Origin: Thermodesulfobacteriota bacterium
Lineage (GTDB): Bacteria > Desulfobacterota > Desulfarculia > Desulfarculales > Desulfarculaceae
Length of the DNA stretch: 51,326 nt
NCBI GenBank assembly: GCA_040751985.1
Contig: JBFMFU010000009.1
Location: 1 to 51,326 of the forward strand
Direction: 5' to 3'
Shown: positions 1-8,808 of the stretch, piece after piece
Layout of the letters: each line of letters opens with the position of its first letter
How positions within the stretch are numbered: the stretch's first letter is position 1
Notes under the pieces: generated by a model
Told to the model about the DNA's origin: nothing
The model's input: only the letters and a program-made list of their open reading frames with translations
Database searches by the model: none
Program-made: the position numbers and the translations under genes

Positions 1-1068
1 CCTCTCCCGTTGCTCACGTTCCCTGCACTGTCTTTGTCTGCGGGCGGCCTCTGCCCGGACCTCTCTGTCTCTCCTCTCCTGCTCTTTGCGCTCCGCCTCG
101 GCCTGTTCTCTCTCTTTTTGTCTTTTCTGCTCAACCTCCAGAACCTGCACAAGCGCCGCAGACAACTCTCCCGCCGTCTGGTAACGGTCTCCAGCCTCTG
201 CCTGAAGGGCCTTGTCTATCACTTCGTCAAGATCGGACGGTAGCCCCGGCACCAAATCGCCGGGAAGCTTGAAGCGTCCCTGAGGTATCTTGCCCGTCAG
301 CATCTCGTAAAGAACAACCCCCACCGAATATATGTCGCTGGCAGGACCAACATCCCGGGACGCTGACAACTGCTCCGGCGACATGTAGTACGCCGTACCC
401 ATCGAAAGAGCGCTGCTGGTCAGCTTCGACGGCGAAAGCATCTTGGCCAGCCCAAAATCCAACACCTTCACCCGCCAACCAGGATATTCCCCCGTAACCA
501 CCACGTTGTCAGGCTTCAGGTCCCGGTGAATCACCCCCTGCCCGTGCGCGTGCTCCAAGGCCTGCAAAACCTGACCCACAACACCAACCGCCTCCCACAG
601 AGAGAAAAGCTTGCCCGCCGCTCTGCGCTCCTCCAAAAGCGCCCGCAGGGATCGGCCAGAAACGTACTCCATCGTGAAAAAGCTGCGGCCTGCTTCTTGG
701 TTCAGGTCATAAACTTTTACTATGTTGGGATGGGTGAGAGCCCGGGCAGCCAAGACTTCCTGGGCAAACCGCTCCTGGGCTTCTGGCAGGGCCACCAGCT
801 CCGGCGATATCAGCTTCAGCGCCACCTCCTGGCCCTTGAGCAGCCGGTCACGCACCAGCAACACCTGCCCCATGCCCCCCCGGCCAAGCTCGCGCACCAC
901 CTCGAAACGGCCCGCTATCACCTCCCCATCGCCCAGGTCCGACAAAGGCGCGAATCCGCCATCATGCACTACAGTCTTGCCAAACAACGGGCCCGATAGC
1001 TCCAACCCGCAAAACCCGCAACGATCCGCACCCTCAGGATTAACTTTTCCGCATTGTGAACAGCGCAT
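1..1068 (-). CDS. Ser/Thr protein kinase with N-terminal zinc ribbon (partial, C-terminus runs off window start)
   Basis: Minus-strand start ATG at 1068 translates MRCSQCGKVNPEGADRCGFCG, then a Hanks kinase N-lobe (GRGGMGQV..., VALK). Nucleotide sequence 240-1068 is near-identical to 7660-8521, the kinase at 6746-8521. Beyond the kinase domain the frame continues as a charged coiled-coil-like tail (EQKRQKEREQAEAERKEQERR). Not in the ORF track because it has no stop inside the window. Confidence 0.8.
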   Translation of the reverse strand, partial: MRCSQCGKVNPEGADRCGFCGLELSGPLFGKTVVHDGGFAPLSDLGDGEVIAGRFEVVRELGRGGMGQVLLVRDRLLKGQEVALKLISPELVALPEAQERFAQEVLAARALTHPNIVKVYDLNQEAGRSFFTMEYVSGRSLRALLEERRAAGKLFSLWEAVGVVGQVLQALEHAHGQGVIHRDLKPDNVVVTGEYPGWRVKVLDFGLAKMLSPSKLTSSALSMGTAYYMSPEQLSASRDVGPASDIYSVGVVLYEMLTGKIPQGRFKLPGDLVPGLPSDLDEVIDKALQAEAGDRYQTAGELSAALVQVLEVEQKRQKEREQAEAERKEQERRDREVRAEAARRQRQCREREQRER

Positions 1069-1071
1069 GGC

Positions 1072-2100
1072 TCAGGGTAGAAACTCCTCCACCGACTCCA
1101 CGTCGATGCCGAGGCTTGCGGCCTCTTCCCGGTTGGCTTTGATAAATGCCTGGAGACGTTCCCGGGCATGGGGATGCGTGGTTTCTTTTTCTGGCCCCAG
1201 GGTCTTGTCCACCCAGGCAAGTAGTATCCAGAAGAAAATAGAACCGCCCACAAGATAGTCGGAGAAAGGGCTGGTTGCTATCACCGAAGCGGCAAAAGAG
1301 TCGGCCTCCCGTTCCTGGTTGCGGCTCACCTTGAAGTTGCCGGCGCGGCCCAGGGTGTGCCCCAAGACTATGTGCCCCAACTCGTGGCCCACGACGTTCA
1401 TCAGGATCGCGGCGGCGTAGGAGCGAGCCAGGCAAAGTATTTCCTCGTCGCCAAGACTCGCTGTCAACCCGGTTTCCGCCAAAATGCCCTTTGCGGCCTC
1501 TTTGGTCAGATTTCCCGCCCCGGAGACAATCCTGACGCCCAGGCCCTGCACGGTTTGAATAAGCGTGCCCCGGGCGGCAAATGATTTATGCCTCCGGTCG
1601 GCCCCCAGGCCCAGAGCCATAAGCCGGGCAGTCCGGGTCATGCCGCCGTGCACAACCAGGTATGGGGGCTCTATGCTTAGTTCTGGGATTGTCTGATCCG
1701 TAGCAAAGGCGTTGACCTTGTCGTCCGCGCTGGCGTAGATCAAAGTCGTCTCGCCCGCGCGCGTTCGATAAAGGTGATTTCCCTGCACATGAGGGGAATG
1801 AAAAACAAACTGGGCCATCTGCATGACCTCAGGGGCTGATACTTCCAGGCCGTTCCAAGCCTCCCCTTCCAGGGAGACCCTCTCATCCATGTTCCCAGGA
1901 TCAAGGCTGGCTGACGGCGTCGCCAGAGTCCCCATCGGCCAAGCGTGCCCTGGGTGCGCAGCCTGGCGCTCCAATCCCTGTCGCTGTCCGGCATCTTTGT
2001 GATGTGCGTCCCCGTCAAGTAACGGTGTGGTGGAGGCGTTACAATGCGGGCATGACTCCGCCATCACCGATACTTCGGCTCCGCAGGACTTACACCTCAT
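1072..2100 (-). CDS. zinc-ribbon fused ImmA/IrrE-family (M78-like) HExxH metallopeptidase
   Basis: N-terminal CKSCG...CPHC ribbon. C-terminal VVGHELGHIVLGH plus NQEREADSFAASVI matches the ImmA/IrrE HEXXH...EREANxFAAxLL signature. No predicted TM segments. Start overlaps the stop of the upstream kinase gene. Confidence 0.7.
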   Translation of the reverse strand: MRCKSCGAEVSVMAESCPHCNASTTPLLDGDAHHKDAGQRQGLERQAAHPGHAWPMGTLATPSASLDPGNMDERVSLEGEAWNGLEVSAPEVMQMAQFVFHSPHVQGNHLYRTRAGETTLIYASADDKVNAFATDQTIPELSIEPPYLVVHGGMTRTARLMALGLGADRRHKSFAARGTLIQTVQGLGVRIVSGAGNLTKEAAKGILAETGLTASLGDEEILCLARSYAAAILMNVVGHELGHIVLGHTLGRAGNFKVSRNQEREADSFAASVIATSPFSDYLVGGSIFFWILLAWVDKTLGPEKETTHPHARERLQAFIKANREEAASLGIDVESVEEFLP

Positions 2101-3262
2101 TGAGAACCTCGGTTTGGTTGGCCACGGCCGCGGTATCTTGTATTTGGCTTGTCAGCGCCACCGCCAGGTCTTTGGCGCAAGGCCAGCGGTCCTCTGGACG
2201 GCGGGCCAGGCAGCGCTCCACGGTGTCGTGCACAGCGGGCGGCACCTCCGGGTTTAGTTGGTCCAAACGGAGGTAATCGTCGGCGGGGTAGCGCCCCCCG
2301 CTAAGCACGAAGTAGCAGGTGACACCGAGTGAGTAAATGTCGCTGGCGGGACCCACATTCTTGGCGCTGGCTAGCTGCTCCGGGGAGCAGAACTCCGGGG
2401 TGCCCATGCGGGTTAGGTCGCTGGTAAGCCCTGGCCGTCCAATATCTTTGGCTAGGCCGAAATCCGCCAAGCGCGGTACCAGCTCGCCTGTAACGTAGGT
2501 CAACAGAACGTTAGAGGGCTTGACATCGCGGTGGATTATGCCCTGCTCGTGCGCCGCCTGCAGACCCAGGGCCGTGCCGCAAAGCAGATGCAAGGCTTGG
2601 TGCACATCCACCGGCTGGCTACGGGTAAAGGCCTCAAGGTCACCGCCCGGCAGGTATTCCATGACGATAAAGCAGCGATCCTCATCGGCACCGTGATCCA
2701 GCACCTTGACGATGTTGGGATGGTCTAGCGACTTGAGAATTCGGTATTCCCGCTCGAAGCGCTGGCGGACCTTATGGCTTGACAGGAAACGTTCGTCCAG
2801 GAGCTTGATGGCCACCAACTCCCCATTTTCTTTACGCCTGGCCTTGAACACCCTCCCCATGCCGCCTTCGGCGATGAGGCCCATTATCTCATAGACATCC
2901 TCCAGGGCGGGGCGGCGGCCCTCTGCCTGGTCGTGTACATGCTTGAGTTCGGCCAGCAGGTGCCGCCAGGCTTCCTGATCCAGTTCCCTTGGTTTCCGTC
3001 CTGCGCCTGGCGCCTTGCCTAGCCGCGCGCGGAGGCGTAGAGCGTTCAAGGCCCGCAGCAGCAACGCCGCCGTCTCCAGGTCCTTTTCAGCCGAGTAGGC
3101 AGCCTCCAGGCGGGCCGCCAGTTGCAGATCATCCTCCTCTGCCCGGCCGGCTAGACTGGCTAGGTGGCCGGCTGCTATTTGGCGCGCGGAGGTGTCGGTG
3201 CTTCGCTCAAGCACCTTCAACAGGCTTTGGGGGGACAGGTTCTGCTTTGCCATACCCCGCAC
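2090..3262 (-). CDS. Ser/Thr protein kinase (Hanks type) with N-terminal helical regulatory region
   Basis: Catalytic motifs HRDVKPSNVLL, DFGLAK, GTPEFCSPEQ; glycine loop GGMGRVFKA; VAIK lysine. Confidence 0.85.
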   Translation of the reverse strand: MRGMAKQNLSPQSLLKVLERSTDTSARQIAAGHLASLAGRAEEDDLQLAARLEAAYSAEKDLETAALLLRALNALRLRARLGKAPGAGRKPRELDQEAWRHLLAELKHVHDQAEGRRPALEDVYEIMGLIAEGGMGRVFKARRKENGELVAIKLLDERFLSSHKVRQRFEREYRILKSLDHPNIVKVLDHGADEDRCFIVMEYLPGGDLEAFTRSQPVDVHQALHLLCGTALGLQAAHEQGIIHRDVKPSNVLLTYVTGELVPRLADFGLAKDIGRPGLTSDLTRMGTPEFCSPEQLASAKNVGPASDIYSLGVTCYFVLSGGRYPADDYLRLDQLNPEVPPAVHDTVERCLARRPEDRWPCAKDLAVALTSQIQDTAAVANQTEVLNEV

Positions 3263-3313
3263 TTAAGCTCACTCCACCTGGCATGAACGAATCAGACAGG
3301 CTGGCTCTTATGG

Positions 3314-5335
3314 TTACCGCACCCCCTGGCCGCAGGAGTTGCAGAAGCTGGCGCCGGGGCTCAGAGGCAGGCCACAGCTTGGGCAGTTACTGGCAACGCC
3401 GCTTTGAACGTGGAGCAGCGGCGTGCCAGGGGGCGGGTACACCACCTGGGGCCCCTGGCGGGAGCTACGCAAGGCCTCCAAGGCGACCTCCTTGAAGTCC
3501 TGCCGTGTCTGCTGCTGCTCCCGGCGATAACCCTCGGTGACAAGTTCGCGTTCTTTGAGCATGCGTTCGTACAGATTCTTTATTTCCTCGGCGCCAAGCC
3601 CCTTGAACCGCTCCTGGAAGGCCTTGGCTACCTCGGGCGAATGCTTGGCCGCCTCGGCCAGGATCTGCTCCTCGCTCCAACTGCCCAGAACCTCAGTCCT
3701 CTTCAACTCGGCAAGCATGGCCGCTTGTTGCGGTCCGGCAATCGAGATTAGTGCTTCGACGGATGCCTCGGAAAGGGCTCTTATGCGTTCCAACTCCAAC
3801 TGCTGTTCATGGGCCCTCTCTTTGAGGCGCAGGGTCAGATCCCTCTCCTTTTGCTCGGCCTCCAACAGCATCTGCTCTCTTGCGAACCTCAGCTTGCTGG
3901 CCCGCATTTTGTCCAAGATGGCCAGACCAAACTCAGTCTTGGCTTGCTGGATGCGCAGCTTGATGGCTGCCTTCTCTTCCTCATTGCGGGCCTCGGCCAA
4001 ATCCCGTTCCAGACGATTTTGCTGGTCCTTAAACTGCTCCTCCCTCAGGGCGGCCTTGCGTTCCCTCTCCAGGGCAAGCTCGCGTTCAAAACGTATGCGC
4101 TCAGTATCCAGCTTGGCCTTGAGCAGGTCCTGCTCCAGAGAGGCCTCGCCCATTAACTCCAGCCGGCGAATCTCCAGGTGCTGCTCAAGGGCAAGCTTGG
4201 CCAGCAGATGCCTGCGGGCCAATTCGTGGTCTTCCTTCTGCTCACCGAAGGAGCGGGTTAGCTCGTCCATCTCCTCTTTGCGCAGCAGCCGGTCCTTGTC
4301 CACCTCCATTAGAAAGGCCGCCAAGGCCTCTTCGCTGCGGACCTCGTCCATCTTGTCGGAGTTGACCACCTTGCGCATGCGGGAGAATACGTCCACCCGC
4401 TTTTCGGCGGTCCCCAGCTTTGTGGTGGCCTCGTAGATTTCCTGCAGTTCTTCTTGGTTGAGAACCTCAAAAAGCTTTCTGCGGCCAGTCAGCTTGCTTT
4501 CTTTCTCCCAAACTTGCAGCAGGAGGTCCTCCTCCACTCCCTGTAAGGCGTCATACCTACTGTGGCTCATGCTTAACGTCCGGAACTGCACCAGCTCCAT
4601 TCCGTAGAGCTTCAGGCTCTGTGAGAGGTGCCTCTCGGCCTCAACCGCCAGGCGCTCCTTGACCTTGAGCTCGGAGGAAATCTCCTTGGCGGTCATGGCG
4701 CCGACCGAGTCGCGGAGGGCGTCGCGCACCTCGTTTCGCAGGAGGTCGGTCAACTCGTCAATGCCCAGGGAGGTGCGCCCCTTGAAGAGGTTCAGGTAAA
4801 ACACCTCGGGATGCTGGACCCGGAAAGCCAACTCGGTTTCCAGCTTGACGAAAAGGGGGTCGGAGGTTTTGAGCCCTCCCACGCCCAGGCGCACCGGGGC
4901 GATGCCCGCATCCACCAGCACGACCTTCACGGAGCGGCCCTTGCCGAAAAACGCCTTCACACGGTCGCCCATCGTTTCCAAGGTATGGCGGCCAGGGGCC
5001 AGGCGGTCGATGAGCTTGCCGTTCACAAAGAGCAGGGCCTCGGTTCCTTGCTCCACGGCCAGGCCCTTCTTCAGTGCCGACTCGATGTCGTACCCCTCCA
5101 GCAAGGTGGCGAAGTCCTCCGCGGTCCGGCGCCAGGCCTCTTGCACGACCACCGGCCCTCGCTCACCCGGCAGCCGCCCGCCGCAGCTCATGCAGAACCG
5201 GTCCGCGCTGCCCACCGGCCTGCCGCAGGAGGGGCACTGCCCGCCGCCACCGGAAATCGGCAGGCCGCATTCGGAGCAGAAGTTGCTGCCCCGCGCGTTC
5301 TTTTTCCCGCAACGTGTGCACCGTTCCTGAGACAT
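3314..5335 (-). CDS. zinc-ribbon / SPFH (band-7, flotillin-like) / long coiled-coil / C-terminal zinc-ribbon protein
   Basis: N-terminal CTRCG..CSECG..CPSCG..CMSCG ribbons. Central SPFH-like block (LLFVNGKLIDRLAPGRHTLE...VKLETELAFRV). About 300 aa of E/K/R/L heptad-rich coiled coil. C-terminal CPSCG...CNSCG ribbon. Confidence 0.65.
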   Translation of the reverse strand: MSQERCTRCGKKNARGSNFCSECGLPISGGGGQCPSCGRPVGSADRFCMSCGGRLPGERGPVVVQEAWRRTAEDFATLLEGYDIESALKKGLAVEQGTEALLFVNGKLIDRLAPGRHTLETMGDRVKAFFGKGRSVKVVLVDAGIAPVRLGVGGLKTSDPLFVKLETELAFRVQHPEVFYLNLFKGRTSLGIDELTDLLRNEVRDALRDSVGAMTAKEISSELKVKERLAVEAERHLSQSLKLYGMELVQFRTLSMSHSRYDALQGVEEDLLLQVWEKESKLTGRRKLFEVLNQEELQEIYEATTKLGTAEKRVDVFSRMRKVVNSDKMDEVRSEEALAAFLMEVDKDRLLRKEEMDELTRSFGEQKEDHELARRHLLAKLALEQHLEIRRLELMGEASLEQDLLKAKLDTERIRFERELALERERKAALREEQFKDQQNRLERDLAEARNEEEKAAIKLRIQQAKTEFGLAILDKMRASKLRFAREQMLLEAEQKERDLTLRLKERAHEQQLELERIRALSEASVEALISIAGPQQAAMLAELKRTEVLGSWSEEQILAEAAKHSPEVAKAFQERFKGLGAEEIKNLYERMLKERELVTEGYRREQQQTRQDFKEVALEALRSSRQGPQVVYPPPGTPLLHVQSGVASNCPSCGLPLSPGASFCNSCGQGVR

Positions 5336-5357
5336 CGCGCCCCTCCTCCCCGGATTA

Positions 5358-6323
5358 CTAACTTCGAGATGCCAGCCGGTTGTTCAGATCGGCCAGCCTC
5401 TCGTTGATATGACCGAGAACGTTCATGGTCCCCCTCTGGGAGCCGCCGCCGGCCTCGCGGCGCAGGCGCTCGGTCAGATGCTTCAGGTCTCCCAGCTCAT
5501 GGTCAAAGGCCTTGTCGAACCGCGCCAACCCCTTGAGGTCGCCCTTGTCCGCCGAGCCATAGCGGGCGGCCTGCAGCATGTTTCGCAGGGCGTCCATGTC
5601 CATGCGGGCCTTGCGCAATGCCAGCGCCACCTCGCTGAATTCCTCGCCAGCGAATTTTCCCTCCGCCTGCTTTATATCGCCCGAGGCGCCATCCAAAAGG
5701 GACAGGAGTCTCCCCCGCTGCTCCACCCCCGTCCCCTCCATTTTATGAATCTTGCGGCGGGAACGGGCCCTCAAGCGCCAGGCTGCCAAAAGGATGGCAG
5801 CCAGCGCTGCCGCCGCCAGTATAGCCTGGTTTTTATAGGGCCATACGGCCAGGCCGGTATAACTTTTGGCAAGCACCACCTTGCCTGTTTGCACCGAGAT
5901 AAGGCTTATGTGGGCGGCGGCCTCCACCTGCAGGATGCCGGTGTGCTGCCGGAACCCGTCTGCGAACAGAATAGCCTGCACGCCTCTGATCTGGCCGAAT
6001 TTCACACGATCCCGGCGGTTTATGAGATCGCTGACCTGAAGCCCCTGCTCTTTGACGATCTGCTGCAGACGCTTTCGCTCCACCAATACGAACCGGGGAT
6101 CGGCCTGCACCGCCGCGCTCAGGGCGTTGAACAACACCCCCCTGTCGTCCTTGATATCGGCAATGGCGATCCGGGTCACCCCGCTCAGACCAGGCAGGGA
6201 GCGGACGGCTTCTTTGGCTAGCTGGGCCGCGGCCCGGTCCAGCAGGTCGCCGGCCTGGGCGGGGACGGCTGCCAGCAAAAGCGCCGCGACAAGCAGGATC
6301 AAGGCAAACAGACCCTTTTTCAT
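5358..6323 (-). CDS. membrane-anchored protein: signal/TM, periplasmic CsgG/LpoB-like domain, second TM, cytoplasmic coiled-coil tail
   Basis: ORF 5358-6368. Likely start is MKKGLFALILLVAALLLAAVPAQA at 6323, preceded by GGAGAG. Second hydrophobic stretch is ILAAAALAAILLAAW. Domain assignment is weak. Confidence 0.5.
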   Translation of the reverse strand: MKKGLFALILLVAALLLAAVPAQAGDLLDRAAAQLAKEAVRSLPGLSGVTRIAIADIKDDRGVLFNALSAAVQADPRFVLVERKRLQQIVKEQGLQVSDLINRRDRVKFGQIRGVQAILFADGFRQHTGILQVEAAAHISLISVQTGKVVLAKSYTGLAVWPYKNQAILAAAALAAILLAAWRLRARSRRKIHKMEGTGVEQRGRLLSLLDGASGDIKQAEGKFAGEEFSEVALALRKARMDMDALRNMLQAARYGSADKGDLKGLARFDKAFDHELGDLKHLTERLRREAGGGSQRGTMNVLGHINERLADLNNRLASRS

Positions 6324-6745
6324 TCCTAGCCTCTCCAGCTTGGGGTTCATCATATCATCGGCCGCCAACAGGTTTTAGGAATTCCTTGTTTTTGCGGTAT
6401 CAGGCGGGTTATGTCTTTTTCCTAACGATCTGCGCCGCCTATCGCCAACTCCCTCGGGGGATGAGTATTTATAATCGTTCTAACTCAATGATGTCCTCGC
6501 TATTCTGCTGGGTCACTAGACGAGCAAGCAAAGCAATTTTATGCCCTGATTATAATGATGCGTTCGCGCTTCTTAAGACCATGGCCCCGCCCGCTTTTTC
6601 GACTGGAAGGCGCTAAACCCGGAAAACTTCTGAACGCGTCCGACAAAAACGAGCACCAGGTTTTGTAGGGATTTTGTAGCGACCAGGGGGCTACGCCCCC
6701 TGGACCCCAGGAAAAAGCCAAAGCCAGGGGTAAAGGGGTAAAGGG

Positions 6746-8521
6746 TCAAGGGGTAAGAATCCTGGCGACACGAAAGCCTACGTCGAAGTCGCGGCTCGTA
6801 GGGTCGCTCCTGAAGCGGTTCGCTGAGCGCAGGCTCCTGGGATTGTGGCGCCAGGACCCGCCGCGGATCACCCGGCCGCTCCCGGACGACGGCCCCTGGG
6901 GATCGCGGGTAGGGGAGGCACTATAGGAACCGTACCAGTCGCTCACCCACTCCCACACATTCCCGTGCATGTCGTACAACCCCCAGGCGTTCGGCTCCTT
7001 TTCACCCACGGGATGGGTGCGACCTCCCGAATTGTCATCGTACCAGCCATACTCCCCAAGCGCAGACTCGCTGTCCCCAAAACTGTACCGGGTGCTGCTG
7101 CCCGCTCGGCACGCGTACTCCCACTCCCCCTCCGTAGGCAACCGGTAGGTGCCCGCCTTCAGCCCCTCCTCCTTATTCAACCTGCGGGTAAACTCAACCG
7201 CTTCCTCCCAACTCACACCCTCAACGGGGAAACCCTCATCACCCTTAAAAAAACTCGGATTGCTCCCCATCACCGCCTTCCACTGACCCTGCGTCACCTC
7301 AGTAACACCAAGATAAAATGGCTTGGTTATTTCCACTCGGTGCTGAGGTCGCTCACCCTCGTAACCATCCTCATCGCTCTCGGGACTCCCCATCATAAAA
7401 CTACCAGCAGGGATAAGCGCAAACTCCATCCCCACGCTGTTGGTAAAATGCTCCTGGCCAGATGCCGGCCCATTGCCAAGAGCACCCTCACTCGGTGCTG
7501 CCTCCCCTCCGGCCAACCCCCCTTCCTCAGCTACCCTGTGCCCAGGCTCCAAAACACGCCCCAGCGCCTCCACCAGCTCTCCCGCCGTCTGGTAACGATC
7601 ACCTGCCTCCGCCTGAAGGGCCTTGTCAATCACCTCGTCAATTTCAGGGGGAAGACCTGGCATAACCTCGCCGGGAAGCCTGAAACGACCCTGAGGTACC
7701 TTACCCGTCAGCAGCTCATAGAGAACCACTCCCACCGAGTATATGTCGCTGGCAGGGCCAACATCCCGCGACGCTGACAACTGCTCCGGAGACATGTAGT
7801 ACGCCGTACCCATCGAAAGAGCGCTGCTGGTCAGCTTCGACGGCGAAAGCATCTTGGCCAGCCCAAAATCCAACACCTTCACCCGCCAACCAGGATATTC
7901 CCCCGTCACCACCACGTTGTCTGGCTTCAGGTCCCGGTGAATCACCCCCTGCCCGTGCGCGTGCCCGAGCGCATCAAGCACCGGCAACAGTAACGATAGC
8001 GCTTCCTCAAACTTGAATACCTGATCAGCACCTCTGCGCTCCTCCAAAAGCTCCCGCAGGGACCGGCCAGAAACGTACTCCATCGTGAAAAAACGCCGGC
8101 CCTCAAACTCGTGAGAGTCGTGTACCTTCACTATGTTGGGATGGCTCAGCAACCGGGCAGCCAATACCTCCTGCGCGAAACGGTCCTGGGCCTCAGGCAG
8201 GGCCACCAGCTCCGGGGAGATCAACTTCAGGGCCACCTCTTGGCCCTTGAGCAGCCGGTCACGCACCAGCAACACCTGCCCCATGCCCCCCCGGCCAAGC
8301 TCGCGCACCACCTCGAAACGGCCCGCTATCACCTCCCCATCGCCCAGGTCCGACAAAGGCGCGAATCCGCCATCATGCACTACAGTCTTGCCGGACAACG
8401 GGCCCGTCTTGCCGGACAACGGGCCCGTCTTGCCGGACAACGGGCCCGATAGCTCCAACCCGCAAAACCCGCAACGATACGCACCCTCAGGATTTACTTT
8501 TCCGCATTGTGAACAGCGCAT
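6746..8521 (-). CDS. zinc-ribbon / Ser/Thr protein kinase / FGE-sulfatase (SUMF1-like) domain fusion protein
   Basis: MRCSQCG..CGFCG ribbon. Kinase motifs HRDLKPDN, DFGLAK, SPEQ. C-terminal formylglycine-generating-enzyme-like domain (WEWVSDWY, GGSWRHNPRSLRSANR). Contains a 3x GPLSGKT repeat. Confidence 0.85.
   Translation of the reverse strand: MRCSQCGKVNPEGAYRCGFCGLELSGPLSGKTGPLSGKTGPLSGKTVVHDGGFAPLSDLGDGEVIAGRFEVVRELGRGGMGQVLLVRDRLLKGQEVALKLISPELVALPEAQDRFAQEVLAARLLSHPNIVKVHDSHEFEGRRFFTMEYVSGRSLRELLEERRGADQVFKFEEALSLLLPVLDALGHAHGQGVIHRDLKPDNVVVTGEYPGWRVKVLDFGLAKMLSPSKLTSSALSMGTAYYMSPEQLSASRDVGPASDIYSVGVVLYELLTGKVPQGRFRLPGEVMPGLPPEIDEVIDKALQAEAGDRYQTAGELVEALGRVLEPGHRVAEEGGLAGGEAAPSEGALGNGPASGQEHFTNSVGMEFALIPAGSFMMGSPESDEDGYEGERPQHRVEITKPFYLGVTEVTQGQWKAVMGSNPSFFKGDEGFPVEGVSWEEAVEFTRRLNKEEGLKAGTYRLPTEGEWEYACRAGSSTRYSFGDSESALGEYGWYDDNSGGRTHPVGEKEPNAWGLYDMHGNVWEWVSDWYGSYSASPTRDPQGPSSGSGRVIRGGSWRHNPRSLRSANRFRSDPTSRDFDVGFRVARILTP
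8390..8452. repeat. in-frame 21-bp tandem repeat (2 perfect + 1 variant unit) encoding GPLSGKT x3 in the kinase-FGE gene
   Basis: gccggacaacgggcccgtctt repeated head-to-tail. The paralogous kinase at 1-1068 has a single unit at the equivalent position. Confidence 0.9.
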
Positions 8522-8808
8522 AGTTAGCCTTTACTAATAAATATGATCCATTGTTCCAATTAATTGACGAATAGGTCCGCAGGCATTATGCACAACTTTT
8601 GTGCATCCTGTCCAGAACAGACCCGAGGTTAGCATTCCAGATGCTCCCTCAAGGGGGCTGTTTTGTTTGATGTTGAAAAGCAGGCGGTTGCAGTGCGCAA
8701 ATCATTGGATCGAGGTTGTAATAAATATGTTAATATTTGGCCGTACATGGATTCATTCAAAGAGGTTTCTTTGTCAGCATAAAATGCGTTAATTGACCCG
8801 GGCAGCAC

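Noticed and set aside
10-243. 77-aa plus-strand ORF at the window start
   Set aside because: Antisense to the C-terminal region of the partial kinase gene. Leu/Ser-rich low-complexity translation.
3537-4436. 299-aa plus-strand ORF
   Set aside because: Antisense to the coiled-coil region of the SPFH gene. Translation is a Ser/Arg-rich mirror of the E/K/L repeats.
6386-6616. 76-aa ORF in the AT-rich intergenic region
   Set aside because: No RBS. Atypical composition. More likely a promoter or leader region of the 6323 gene.
8390-8452. Possible CRISPR-like repeat
   Set aside because: Units are contiguous with no spacers and sit in-frame inside a CDS. This is a coding tandem repeat, not CRISPR. 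No CRISPR arrays were seen anywhere in the window.
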